Origin: the human T2T-CHM13v2.0 reference genome, Homo sapiens
NCBI RefSeq assembly: GCF_009914755.1
Contig: NC_060943.1
Length of the DNA stretch: 64,000 nucleotides
Direction: 5' to 3' (one strand)
The position numbers and the translations under genes are program-made. Below are positions 23,478 through 41,781 of this stretch, in pieces. The notes under the pieces were generated by a model. That model did not search any database, had not been told where the DNA came from, and worked only from the letters and a program-made list of their open reading frames with translations. Positions within the stretch are counted from its first letter, which is position 1, and every line of letters begins with the position of its first letter.

Positions 23478-23483
23478 AATAAA
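23478..23483 (+). terminator. SELENOW polyadenylation signal AATAAA
   Basis: AATAAA followed by GT/T-rich downstream sequence. Confidence 0.85.
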
Positions 23484-24114
23484 TATTGGATGAATTTAAC
23501 CGAATGTGCCTGTGAGGAGTGTATCTTGTTTTACCCCTGTGCCTCCTCCCTCCAGGACCCCGTCCCAGAAATTAGCAACCACGTGTTGAGTGCTCAGTGC
23601 ACCAACCCTCTGTAGGGAAGCACCTTACTGCAATGCTGAGGTTGTTATTTTTTAAGACAGTCTTGCTCTGGAGTGCAGTGGTGCGATCCCAGCTTACTGC
23701 AGTGTCCCTCTCCTGGGTTCAAGTGATTCTCCCGTCTCAGCTTCCCGAGTAGCTAGGACCACAAGTGTGAACTGCTATGCCTGGCTAATCTTTTTCTTTT
23801 TCTTTTTCTTTCTTTTTTTTTTTTTTTTTTTGAGACGGAGTCTTGTTCTGTCGCCCAGGCTGGAGTGCAGTGGTGCGATCTTGGCTCACTGCAACCTCCG
23901 CCTCCCGGTTCCAGCGATTCTCCTGCCTCAGCCTCCCATGTAACTGGAATTACAGATGCCCGCCACCACACCCAGCTAATTTTTTGTATTTTTAGTAGCG
24001 ATGGGGTTTCACCATGTTGGCCAGACTGGTCTCAAACTCCTGACCTTGTGACCCTCCCGCCTCGGCCTCCCAAAGTGCTGGGACTACAGGTATGAGCCAC
24101 CGCGCCGGACGTAA

Positions 24115-24255
<141 letters not shown>

Positions 24256-25107
24256 TAACTATTGATAGCCATGAAGTGCATGGACACTTTCCTCAAATCA
24301 GGTACAATTCTAAACTGTTTCACTCTCAAACCTTGACCCACTCATTCTGGGAGGACAGAAATAAAATTGTTCCTCCCCCAAGTCAAATGCTGCGACTCCT
24401 GAAACCCACCACATTCCATGGATCTCTGCTCAGTGACATCTGGGAAACACAAGACAGCCATCAACAATAGCAACAAGAGGCCGGGTGCAGTGGCTCACGC
24501 TTGTAATCCGGCACTTTGGGAGGCCAAGGTGAGCAGATTGCTTGAGGCCAAGAGTTCAAGACCAGCCTGGGCAACATGGTGAAACCCCACCTCTACTAAA
24601 ATTAGCCCAAGTGTGGTGGCAGGTGCCTGTAATCCCAGCTACTCGCCACCTGCCACTAGGTTGAGAACCGCTTCAACCTGGGAAGCAGAGGTTGCAGTGA
24701 GCTGAGATCGTGCCACTGCACTCCAGCCTGGGCGACACACTGAGACACTGTCTCAAAAAACAAAAAAACCCCAAACCAAATGAACAATAGCAACAAGAAA
24801 CAAGCCCCCACATGGCTTCATTTCTAATGATTCTGAGGATTTTCTTAGTATGACAGTCCTTTGGTGGTATAGTTCTTTATTTTTTTTCTAAGACAGGTTC
24901 TCTGTCACCCAGGCTAGAATGCTGTGGTAGGATCATGGCTCACTGCAGCCTCGACCTCCTGGGCTCAAGTGATCCTCCTGCTTCAGCCTCCTGTGTATCT
25001 GGAATCACAGGCACATGCCATCATGCCTGGCTCTTTTTTTTTTTTTTTTTTAGAGATGGGGTCTTGCTATTTTGCCCAGGTGGTCTCAAACTCCTGGCCT
25101 CAAGTGA

Positions 25108-25308
<201 letters not shown>

Positions 25309-25346
25309 TAGCTGGGATTACAGGCATATGTCACCACGCCTGGCTA

Positions 25347-25377
<31 letters not shown>

Positions 25378-25901
25378 TTTGTTTTTCTTTTTTCAAGTAG
25401 AGATGGGGTTTCACCATGTTGGCCAGACTGGTCTCAAACTCCTGACCTCAGGCGATCCCCCCGCCTCGGCCTCCTAAAGTGTTGGAATTACAGGCGTGAG
25501 CCACCGCACCGGGCCCTGGTGGTGTAGTTCTAAGCTAGGTAGAGAGAGATCACAGAGAGTGGCATCTGAACATCTGAGACTCAATGGAGGTTGACCGTAA
25601 TCCCATTTGCCAACTGGTCTCACATTTGGGGTCAGCCCAGTATCAACATCCTCAGCTGTCAGCACTCCACCTGTTAGCCAAGGCACACTGTGGCACCCAT
25701 TCATCATTTAAATGACACAAGACTTTTCAGTTCTTTGTTTAAGCAAGAATTCTGGCAGGGCTGGGCTAGGTTGGCTTATGCTTCAGTGGGAACCTAAATC
25801 TAAACGAACCTAAAGCAGAACGAACCTAAATCTCCATGGATGAACACAGCACATGCAAAGCCCTCTCCAGAGCAACAGTTCTCCTGCTTCTAGTCAGGAA
25901 T

Positions 25902-26766
<865 letters not shown>

Positions 26767-26773
26767 TTAGTAG

Positions 26774-27136
<363 letters not shown>

Positions 27137-27181
27137 TAAAGAGACGAAGGTATCGCTGTGTCGCCCAGGCTGGAGTGTTAG

Positions 27182-27286
<105 letters not shown>

Positions 27287-27994
27287 TAATTTATTTTTTT
27301 TCATTTTGTTGGGGAACTGGGCGAGGATGGGGCAGGGTGGGAGGCCTTGCTATGTTGCTCAGGCTGGTCTCGAACCTGGCCTCAAGCGATCTTTCCCGCT
27401 TCGGCCTTCAGAGCAGGCATTGGCTGCTAAAAGCATCAGCCAGGAAGTGATGCGTATCAGCTTTCGTCACAGCCCATTGGCCAGAACCAGTTACGCAGCC
27501 CCGCCCACTTTGAGAACCCCTACCACGAAACCCCTGCCTACCTGCAGAACTTGGCTGGGGAACTTAGTCTTCCTGTGTTTAGGAAAGGGATGAGAACTTG
27601 AAAACTTGGTGAGCACTACAAATATCTACCAGGGCTCTTATTTTAATCGTACCGTATGCATGAAAACGCCAGCATCGGATTTTGGCGTAATCAAGACAAT
27701 TCACACCTTCAAAGAATTCAGCCTGACCATCACCCAGCCTGAAAAGGGGAGACACCGTGAATTCCTTTCTAACAGCGACAGCATGTGGCCGCGTCTGAGA
27801 ACTGCATCTTCTCAGTTCACCTCGGATCACCGCGGAAGACCAGGAATCACTGTGGAATCCCTGTGGGTCACCAGGAATCACTTCCGGTCATCTAGATTTT
27901 AGGGTAGTCAAGTGAATCACCATCTTTGAATTGGTGACATGACACTTTCTTTTTAAAACTTAAAAATTAAAATTTAGCCGTGCGCGGTGGCTTA

Positions 27995-28297
<303 letters not shown>

Positions 28298-28343
28298 CTA
28301 TTTTGATACAGGCATCCAATGCATACTAATAACATCAGGGTAA

Positions 28344-28886
<543 letters not shown>

Positions 28887-29164
28887 TAATTTAGCAGTTT
28901 TCAGAATATTAAATTGGAGCCTCAACAACTTTCTCTAGTTTTTTTTTTCTCTCTTTTTTGAGGACCATTGTGAACCAATGGACTTTCATGCATCTGACGT
29001 CTTTCAATTCATTGCAGCTCTTCTTTGTAAGCTCAAGTTGTTCAGCCTTTGGTTTCTTTTCTTTTCTTTTAAAAAATATTATTATAGAAACGGGGTCTTG
29101 CTATGTTGCCTGGCTGGTCTCGAATTCCTGGGCTCCGGCGATTTGCCCGCTTCGACCTCCCAAA

Positions 29165-29420
29165 GCAGGAGGGGCTTTTGTTTTATCCAAGCTCTCTGTC
29201 CCCGCCCCCTCCCCCAGTAGCCTGTCGGGTGTCTCCTGCCTCCAAATCGGATCTAATTCTCTCTGCTCTGCTGAGACTGGCCCTGGCTTAAGAGGACTGG
29301 AACACTTGCTACATGGGACCAGGACAGGGTCAGAGAACCAGCGCCGGGGAGACCCAAGGGCCAGGATTGCCACCAGGGGGCAGCAGAGAGGCAGAGTAGC
29401 AGAAGGAAGAGGTGGGGGTG
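29165..29420 (+). repeat. Local paralogous module, copy A, with CTCF motif at 29367-29385
   Basis: Shares CCAAATCGGATCTAATTCT...TAAGAGGA.TGGAACA.TTGCTA.ATGGGAC.AGGACAGGGT...GCCACCAGGGGGC with copies B and C. Confidence 0.85.
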
Positions 29421-29575
29421 CTTCCATCTGACGGCGGGCAGTGGGAGGGCGGGGTGGTGGATGAGGAGGGGATGGTATAGAGGGAACAGTCCTCCCACCC
29501 CCACCAGAGTGGGTTAACAGTACTTACATGGTCACTGGATGCGTATTGAAGAATGAGCCCAGGCTCAGTGATTCA

Positions 29576-29836
<261 letters not shown>

Positions 29837-30304
29837 TCAAAAAACAAACAAACAAACGAAAAAACAACAACAAGATAATTGAAGAAGATGTGGGCCAGGC
29901 GAGGTGGCTCACGCCTGTAATCCCAGCACTTTGGGAGGCCAAAGTGGTTGGATCACTGGAGGTCAGGAGTTCAAGACCAGCCTAGCCAACATGGTGAAAC
30001 CCCGACTCTACTAAAAACACAAAAATGGCATGGTGGTACGTGCCTGTATTCCCAGCTACTTGGGAGGCTGAGGCAGGAGAATTGCTTGAAACTGGGAGGC
30101 AGAGGTTGCACTGAGCTGAGATCGCATCACTGTACTCTAGCCCCTGGGTGACAGAGAGACTTCATCTCAAAAAAAAAAAAAAAAAAGAGAGAGACTGACA
30201 GAAAAAGACCAAGAACATTCTGTATGTGATGCTATTATTAGCTATAATAATGGCAGATATGGTTTGTTGATCACTGACCATAATCAGTGTTAAGATTTAC
30301 ATGA

Positions 30305-30580
<276 letters not shown>

Positions 30581-30583
30581 TGA

Positions 30584-30742
<159 letters not shown>

Positions 30743-31937
30743 TAGTAGAGACGGGGTTTCTCCATGTTGGTCAGGCTGTTCTCAAACTCCCGACCTCAGG
30801 TGATCTGCCCGCCTCGGCCTCCCAAAGTGCTGGGATTACAGGTATGAGCCACCGCACCAGGCCCAATTCACAGAGTTTTAAAACATCAACTTTTAAAGAT
30901 AGATGCTTTCTTTACATTAGATAAAACACACTTGTCTTAAGTGTTCAGTATAATTGCTTTGATAAATGTATGCAACTGTCTGGGTGCGGTGGCTCATGCC
31001 TGTAATCCCAACACTTTGGGAGGCTGAGGCAAGAGTATCACTTGAACCCGAGAGTTCAAGAGCATCCTGGGCAACATAGCAAGACCCTGTCTCTACAAAA
31101 AATAAAAAAAAATTGGCTGGGCATGGTGGTGTGCACCTGTAGTCTTAGCTACTTGGGAGGCTGAGGTGGAAGGATCACTTGAGCCTGAGAGCTTAAGGCT
31201 GCGATAAGCCATGTTTGTGCCACTGCACTCCAGCCTGGGTGACACAGTGAGACCCGTCTCAAAAAAGGATCAACAACAACAAAGTATACAACTATGATAC
31301 CAGCACCCAAACAAGAAGCATCCATCAGCCCCCAAATTTCCCTGGGACCTTTTTGCAGTCATTTTATATTCATTCTCACACCTGCCTGGGCAACCACCAA
31401 TCTGCTTTCTCTAACTATAGATTACTTCTGTCTCTTCTAGAATTTCATATAAATGAAATAGTATCATATAGAGCTTTCTGTAACTACAGATTATTTCCAT
31501 ATCTTCTAGAATTTCATAGAAATGAAATTGCATCACATACAACCTCTTGTGTCTGGCTTTTTTCACCCAACATAAATGATTTTGAGATTCTTCCATATCA
31601 CATGTGTATCCACAGCTTGTTCCTTTTCAGTGCTGTGTTATAGTCCATTGTATGGACATACCATAATTTGCTTAACCATTCACTTGGGCTGTTTCTATTT
31701 TGGTCTTTTATGAATAAAGTTGTTATGAATATTCTTGTACAAGTCTTCCTGTGGACATATGTTTATTTCTTATTTATTATTTTTCTCGAGACAGGGTCTT
31801 GCTTTGTCACTGAGGCTGGACACAAGGCTTGCTGTGTCCTTGTCCTGGGCTCTAGTGATCCTCCCATCTCAGCCTCCTAAGTAGCTGGAATTACAAGTGT
31901 GTACCATCATGCTCAGTTAATTTTAATATTTTTATAG

Positions 31938-32272
<335 letters not shown>

Positions 32273-32497
32273 TGAGCCACTGCATGTGGTCCATTTTAGT
32301 TTTAATATGCATTTCCCTGATGATTTTTGATGTCATGGGCTTACTGGCCTTTTTGCATATCTTTTTTTTTTTTTTTTTTTTTTTGAGACGGGAGGCTGGC
32401 TCTGTCACCCAGGCTGGAGTCAGTGGCACGATCTTGGTTCACTGCAACCTCCACCTCCTGGGTTCAACCAATTCTCCAGCCTCAGCCTCTGGAGTAG

Positions 32498-32656
<159 letters not shown>

Positions 32657-32928
32657 TAGTAGAGACAGGGTTTTGCCATGTTGCCCAGGTGGTCTTGAAC
32701 TCCTGGGCTCCAGCCATCCTCCTGCCAAAGCCTCTCAAAGCGCTGGAATTACAGGCATGAGCCACTGTGCACAGCCTGGTCTAAGAAATCCTTGCTCACT
32801 CCAAGACTGTAAAAATATTCTCCTATGGATGCTTCTAGAAGCTTCCTGGTTGTAGCTTTTCATTTGGAGTGAGGTGGGAGTCAAGGTTTTTTTTGTTTTT
32901 GTTTTTGTTTTTGTTTTTTTTTTTTTGA

Positions 32929-33081
<153 letters not shown>

Positions 33082-33205
33082 TAGTAGAGATGGGGTTTCT
33101 CCATGTTGGTCAGGCTGGTCTCGAACTCCTGACCTCAGGTGATCTGCCCGCCTCAACCTCCCAAAGTACTGGGATTACAGGGGTGAGCCACCGTGCCCAG
33201 CCCAG

Positions 33206-33727
33206 TTTATTTTTATTTATTTACTTTTTTATGGTGAAAAGATATACATATATTGAGAATTAGCCAGCTGGACTCAGTTTAGATGATCCCAATTTTGTTG
33301 GCAACATCCAAAGCATTGTAACCAGGAGTCGGTTGAACATGTGACTTCTTCTCTCCGTCAGGCCGAATCAGAGCTTCTTCACAGCCTGTTTGATCTGGTG
33401 CTCCTTGGCTTTAACATCTATAATGAAGGCAAGCGTGTTGTTGTCGTCTGTCTTCTTCATGGCGGACTCAGTGGTCGGCGGAAACGTGATGATCGCAGAG
33501 TGGCCAAGCTTGTTTCTCCAGGGGGCGCTCTTCTGAGGATATTTGGGCTCCCTCCGGAGTCGCGCTGTCTTGGGCCGCCTGAAGGTGGGTGACCTGCGGA
33601 TCTTCTCTTCTGTGTGGCTGTGGACGGCTTTCAACACTGCTTTCTTGGCCTTTAAAGCCTTCGGTTTGGCTTGGGCTTTAGGAGAGGCAGGAGCTTCCTT
33701 CGCTTTCGGCAGCATCTTGTGAAAAGA
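33206..33727 (-). pseudogene. RPL23AP80: Processed RPL23A (uL23) pseudogene
   Basis: Intronless. ATG at 33715 gives ...[11 protein letters not shown]...PTFRRPKT...TTESAMKK...[10 protein letters not shown]. An internal deletion (YDIDVAKVNT missing) causes a frameshift and premature TGA; the out-of-frame C-terminus ...DVANKIGII* ends at 33279. An A-rich tail lies at ~33206-33230. The family assignment is clear from sequence; the symbol number is from memory. Confidence 0.9.
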
Positions 33728-33781
33728 CAAGGTTAATTTTTGTTTTTGACCTTTTTTTTTTTTTTTTTGAGATGGAGTCTT

Positions 33782-34351
<570 letters not shown>

Positions 34352-34670
34352 TGAGCCACCGCGCCCGGCCCAGGACCATTTGTTAAACTCCCCATCCTCT
34401 CATCAAATTGACTTGATACTTTGTTCAAAACAAGTTGATTGCATATGTGGATCTATTTCTGGATTTTCTCTTTTATTCTACTGATCTCTTTGTTGATCTT
34501 TATGCTCATAACACACTTTCTTGACTACTGTAGCTTTATAATAAATCTTGAAATTAGGTAGTATACGTTCTCCAGTTTTGTTCTTTTTCAAGATTATTTG
34601 GCTATTCTAAATCTGCATTTCTGTCTAATTTTAGGATCATCTTATCAGTTTTATCAGAAAACTTGACTGA

Positions 34671-34973
<303 letters not shown>

Positions 34974-35485
34974 TAGCTAGGATGGTCTCTATCTCCTGAC
35001 CTCATGATCTGCCTGCCTCGGCCTCCCAAAGTGCTGGGATTACAGGCGTGAGCCACTGCGCCTGGCCTTATTTAGGTCTTCTTTAACTTCTACGGGCAAT
35101 GTTTTGATAATTGTGGTCGTAGCTGTCCTGCACATCCTACTTTCTTCCTAGGCATTTTATAGGTGTGTGTGCATGCGTGCGTGTGTGTGTGTGTGTGTAT
35201 TTTGAGACAGGGTCTTGCTCTGTTGCCCAGGCTGGAGTGCAGTGGTGCAGTGATGCTGCCTCAAACTCCTGGGCTCAAGCAATTCTCCTACCTCAGTCTC
35301 CCAAGTAGCTGGGACTACAGCTGTGCACTACCATGCCCAGCTAGTGTTATTTTTAATTTTTTTTGTGTAGATGGAGTCTTGCTTTATTTTACAGACTGGT
35401 GTTGAATTCCTGGCCTCAAAGTAGCTGGGACGACAGCTGTGCACCACCATGCCCAGCTAGTTTTATTTTTTTTTTTTTTGTGTAG

Positions 35486-35623
<138 letters not shown>

Positions 35624-35801
35624 TAAATAGTGTTTTTAAAAAACTTATTTTCCAATTTTTTGTTGCTATTATATAGAAATATAATTTGTTTCTTTTTTTA
35701 AAAAAAAATTCCCACACAACACCAAGATATACAATTGGTTTTTGTTTATTGATTTTGTATCCTGGAACCTTGCCAAATTCATGAATTAATCCCAGGAGTT
35801 T

Positions 35802-35804
<3 letters not shown>

Positions 35805-35838
<34 letters not shown>

Positions 35839-35848
35839 TGTGTGTGTG
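35805..35848 (+). repeat. (TG)n microsatellite
   Basis: Directly visible. Confidence 0.95.
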
Positions 35849-36045
35849 TTTATTCTGTAGATATTTTCTTATGTTAGCTACAAGAGTTACCACTTTATCC
35901 AAGATACAGTTCTGTAATGATAAAATAAAAGCACTTCTCTAGCAAGAAATTCTGAGTGTACAAAAGTGAATAGGCCGGGCGTGGTGGCTCACATCTGTAA
36001 TCCCAGCACTTCGGGAGGCCAAGGCAGGTGAATCACTTGAGGTCA

Positions 36046-36573
<528 letters not shown>

Positions 36574-37609
36574 TAGCCAGGCTGGTCTCGAACTCCTGAC
36601 CTCGTGATCGGCCCGCCTCAGCCTCCCAAAGTGCTGGGATTACAGGCATGAGCCACTGCGTCCGGCCAGTTTACATTTTTCATCACATATGCAGAGAAAA
36701 TCAGGTGTGTCTGCGGAACATCTACAACACGTTCCACTCACTGCCCCAATCAGGGAGAGCAGATTCTGCAGCTTTGTTTTGTCTTCCTGAGGAGTCTCTC
36801 TGGGGCTTATATAGGGGAAGGGCTCCAGGAGACCCTGACAGCACCTACTGCTGTAACTGAAGTCTCACGGCCAGTAAGGAGGCATGAGAAGGTGCCAGCA
36901 CGGGCTTGAGAAGGGTTTTGACATCATCCACCAATATGTCCCATCTCCCCTTCAACTCTTCTGTGACCCGGCTGAGATTCTGCAGATGCCGCCTCACCGG
37001 GCTCTAAGAGGATTGGGGCAGGTGGTGAGTTAGATTAGGTCAAGGCCAGGGAAACCTGCAAGGGAGAAACGCAGGGACTGAGAGGGAGGGAGAGAGACTA
37101 GGGAAGGAGAGGGAAGGGGAGCATGGGTCTGCACAGGGCAGAGAGAGGTAGGAGATGAGTCGGAGGTGGGAAGAGATATGGGAGGAGGGTGTTGTCTAAA
37201 TGGCAGAATAATAAGATCCCCCGTTTCCTCCGAGCTTCCTGTAAGCTAGGCTCTGTGCTGGGCATGTCAATGACACAGCTCCATGTTGCTCACACCCCAC
37301 ACGTATGGAGAAGGTGTAGTTGATACCCAAAGTCTCATGGACATCCAGCTGTCCACAGGTCCTCCTCCAAACACTCCAAGAAGCAGATGAGCTTGGTATC
37401 ACTTGATAGAGTGGAGGAGTTAAGGGCTGTGCTCTTTGGCTGGGTGGCCTGGTACATGCTCAGACTGAATCTTTTTGGTCTTCTCAGAAAGGGACTTAAA
37501 CACCCTGATGTTTGGCGTAACCCCCCGTAGGCAAAGGGATTACAGGCTGCCAACCTCAAAGGACCTTTTGTAAGGATATTAGAGCACATAGGACAGCTGC
37601 TGTCACGTG

Positions 37610-38070
37610 GGAAGTGACACGGGCTGGGGAGACCCTACCTGTTCTGGTTTTGAGGGCAGGAAACTCCCATGCCTCAGTTTCCCCTTTTCTTTGCACCTCA
37701 CTTTCCCTCTCTCCCTCCCCCTCAGTCTCTCCCTTTTCCCATCGCTCTGCCTCCCTTGGGACAGTCTCAGTGTGGTTTTCTGTGTACATCCCTCTCAGGG
37801 TCTCTCTGAGGAGCAGGAGCATTTTTCATTATATCCCGGCAGTCTGTCCCCACCTCCAACCACAGCCTGTCACATGTTTCCCCCAAATCCGCGCTAATTC
37901 TCCCTATGTTTTGCTGAGGCTGGCCTGACTTAAGAGGATTGAAGCATTTGCTAAATGAGACTGGGACAGGGTCAGAGAACTAGCTGTGGGAAGACACAGG
38001 GGCCAGGATGGCCACAAGGTGATGGCAGAAGAAGCAGGAGAGGAGAGGACAGAGGCAAAGGGTGGCATGC
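37610..38070 (+). repeat. Local paralogous module, copy B, with a degenerate CTCF motif at 38009-38027
   Basis: TTTTCATTATATCC.GG.AGTCTGTCCCC and TGCTGAGGCTGGCCTG are shared with copy C. Confidence 0.8.
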
Positions 38071-38148
38071 TATTGGTGCAAGGATATAGAGACCAAGAAC
38101 CCAATAGAGACTTTCCGTAGAGCCAGTCATTGTGGCTCACACCCGTAA

Positions 38149-38244
<96 letters not shown>

Positions 38245-38600
38245 TAAAAGGAAATTAGCCAGGCATGGTGGTGTGTGCCTGTGGTCCCAGCTACTCAGAA
38301 GGCTGAGGTGGGAGGATCAGTTGAGCCTGGGAGGTTGAGGTTGTAGTGAGCTGTGATTGTGTCACTGCACTCTAGCCTGGGCAACAGAGTAAGATACTGT
38401 CTCAAAAAAAAAAAAAAAAAAAAAAAAAAGCCAGGTGTGGTGACACATACCTGTAATCCCAGCACTTTGGGAGACTGAGGCTAGCGGATCAATGAGGCCA
38501 GGAGTTCAAGACCAACGTAGCCAACATGGCTAAACCCTGTCTCTACTAAAAATACAAAAAATTAGCTGGGCATGGTGGTGCACGCCTGTAAAACCAGCTA

Positions 38601-40520
<1,920 letters not shown>

Positions 40521-40587
40521 CACCAGCAGTGTAGATCAGCCACTCCAGGCCCTCTGGGATCTGAAGAACTTTGCAGGCACAGGCCCC

Positions 40588-41781
40588 CTATAAATCCAGT
40601 AATAACCTGGGGCCTGAGTGATTTTCATTCACAGAGCCACCCTCCTCTTGGGGCTGAGACCCTGAGTGTTTTTTGCCCATAGAGTCATCCCCTTCTTGGT
40701 ACTGAGAGGTCATGGTGGAGACTGAGGATCCCTCCAAGGGGTCTAGGGGTAGGAGCAGCTCTGTGAAGTGAGGGAATAACTGGGTGTCTGGCAAGAAGTC
40801 GGAGGCATCGGGGCTCTGAGGCCATAAGGGGGCTGGGGCTGGGAGTGATCCTGGGCCTGGGATTGGAGCTGGGACTGAGCCTGAGCCTGGGCCTGAGCCT
40901 GGGCCTAAAATCGGGGCTAGGCCTGGAAGTGAGCCAGGGCTTCGCATCCGGCCAGGACTTAAGATGGGACCTGGGCCTTGGAGTCTGCCTGGGCCTGGGA
41001 TCTGGGCTGGGCTGGGAATCGGGCCTATAATTGGGCCTGGGCCTGAGATTGGGCCTGGGATTGGGCCTGGGATCAGGCCTGGGTTCGGGCCTGAGATTGG
41101 GCCTGGGATCGGGCCTGGGTTCGGGCCTGAGATTGGGCCTGGGATTGGGCCTGGGATCGGGCCTGGGTTTGGGCCTGAGATTGGGCCTGAGATTGGGCCT
41201 GGGATCGGGACTGAGATTGGGCCTGGGATCGGGCCTGAGATTGGGCCTGGGATCGGGCCTGGGTTTGGGCCTGGGATCGGGCCTGGGTTTGGGCCTGAGA
41301 ATGGGCCTGAGATTGGGCCTGGGATCGGGGCTGGGCCTGAAATTGGGCCTGGGATTGGGCCACGGAATGGGCCTGGGATCTGGACTGGGCCTGAAATTGG
41401 GCCTGGGATTGGGGCTGGGATCGGGCTTGGGATCTGAGCTGGGCCTGGAATTGGGCCTGGAATTGAGCCAGGGAGTGGGCCTGGGATCTGGGCTGGGCCT
41501 GGGATTGGGGCAGGGATCGGGCCAGGGCCTGGACTCAGGGCAGCTGGGATGCCCTTCTGGGCTCTGCACCCAGGGCCACCCCAGGCCTGGTGGAGGCTGC
41601 AGATCGTGGGTTCCGCCGCTGGAAGGATTCCCGAGGGGCCCCGCTGAGGTGCGGAGGCAGAGGCTGCAGGGACTAGGGGCGCAGCGCGGGCTCCTCGGCC
41701 TCTCTGCCCAGGGACGCGCTGGGGCTGCTGCTGGAGCCGCCGCTCCCGAGCTAGTTTGGCGCGGCGATTCTTGAACCACAC
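40588..41781 (-). CDS. TPRX1: TPRX1 exon 3, coding part (helix 3, tetrapeptide repeats, acidic C-terminus)
   Basis: ORF 40588..41781 begins exactly at the acceptor ccccag|GTG TGG TTC AAG AAT CGC. Confidence 0.96.
   Translation of the reverse strand: MWFKNRRAKLARERRLQQQPQRVPGQRGRGARAAPLVPAASASAPQRGPSGILPAAEPTICSLHQAWGGPGCRAQKGIPAALSPGPGPIPAPIPGPAQIPGPLPGSIPGPIPGPAQIPSPIPAPIPGPISGPVQIPGPFRGPIPGPISGPAPIPGPISGPFSGPNPGPIPGPNPGPIPGPISGPIPGPISVPIPGPISGPISGPNPGPIPGPIPGPISGPNPGPIPGPISGPNPGLIPGPIPGPISGPGPIIGPIPSPAQIPGPGRLQGPGPILSPGRMRSPGSLPGLAPILGPGSGPGSGSVPAPIPGPGSLPAPAPLWPQSPDASDFLPDTQLFPHFTELLLPLDPLEGSSVSTMTSQYQEGDDSMGKKHSGSQPQEEGGSVNENHSGPRLLLDL

Larger units (their letters stand above)
23108..23500 (+). 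other. SELENOW: SELENOW non-coding last exon (3' UTR)
   Basis: Polypyrimidine tract and ccacag acceptor at 23107; contains the SECIS and AATAAA. The 3' end is approximate. Confidence 0.9.

Noticed and set aside
31400-31545. ~69-bp tandem duplication
   Set aside because: A local duplication inside an old L1 fragment, with no sign of function.
40964-41774. Antisense ORFs with (GL)n and (GPGI)n, and the same-strand (AQSQ)n ORF
   Set aside because: They are open only because the TPRX1 repeat lacks stop codons in those frames.
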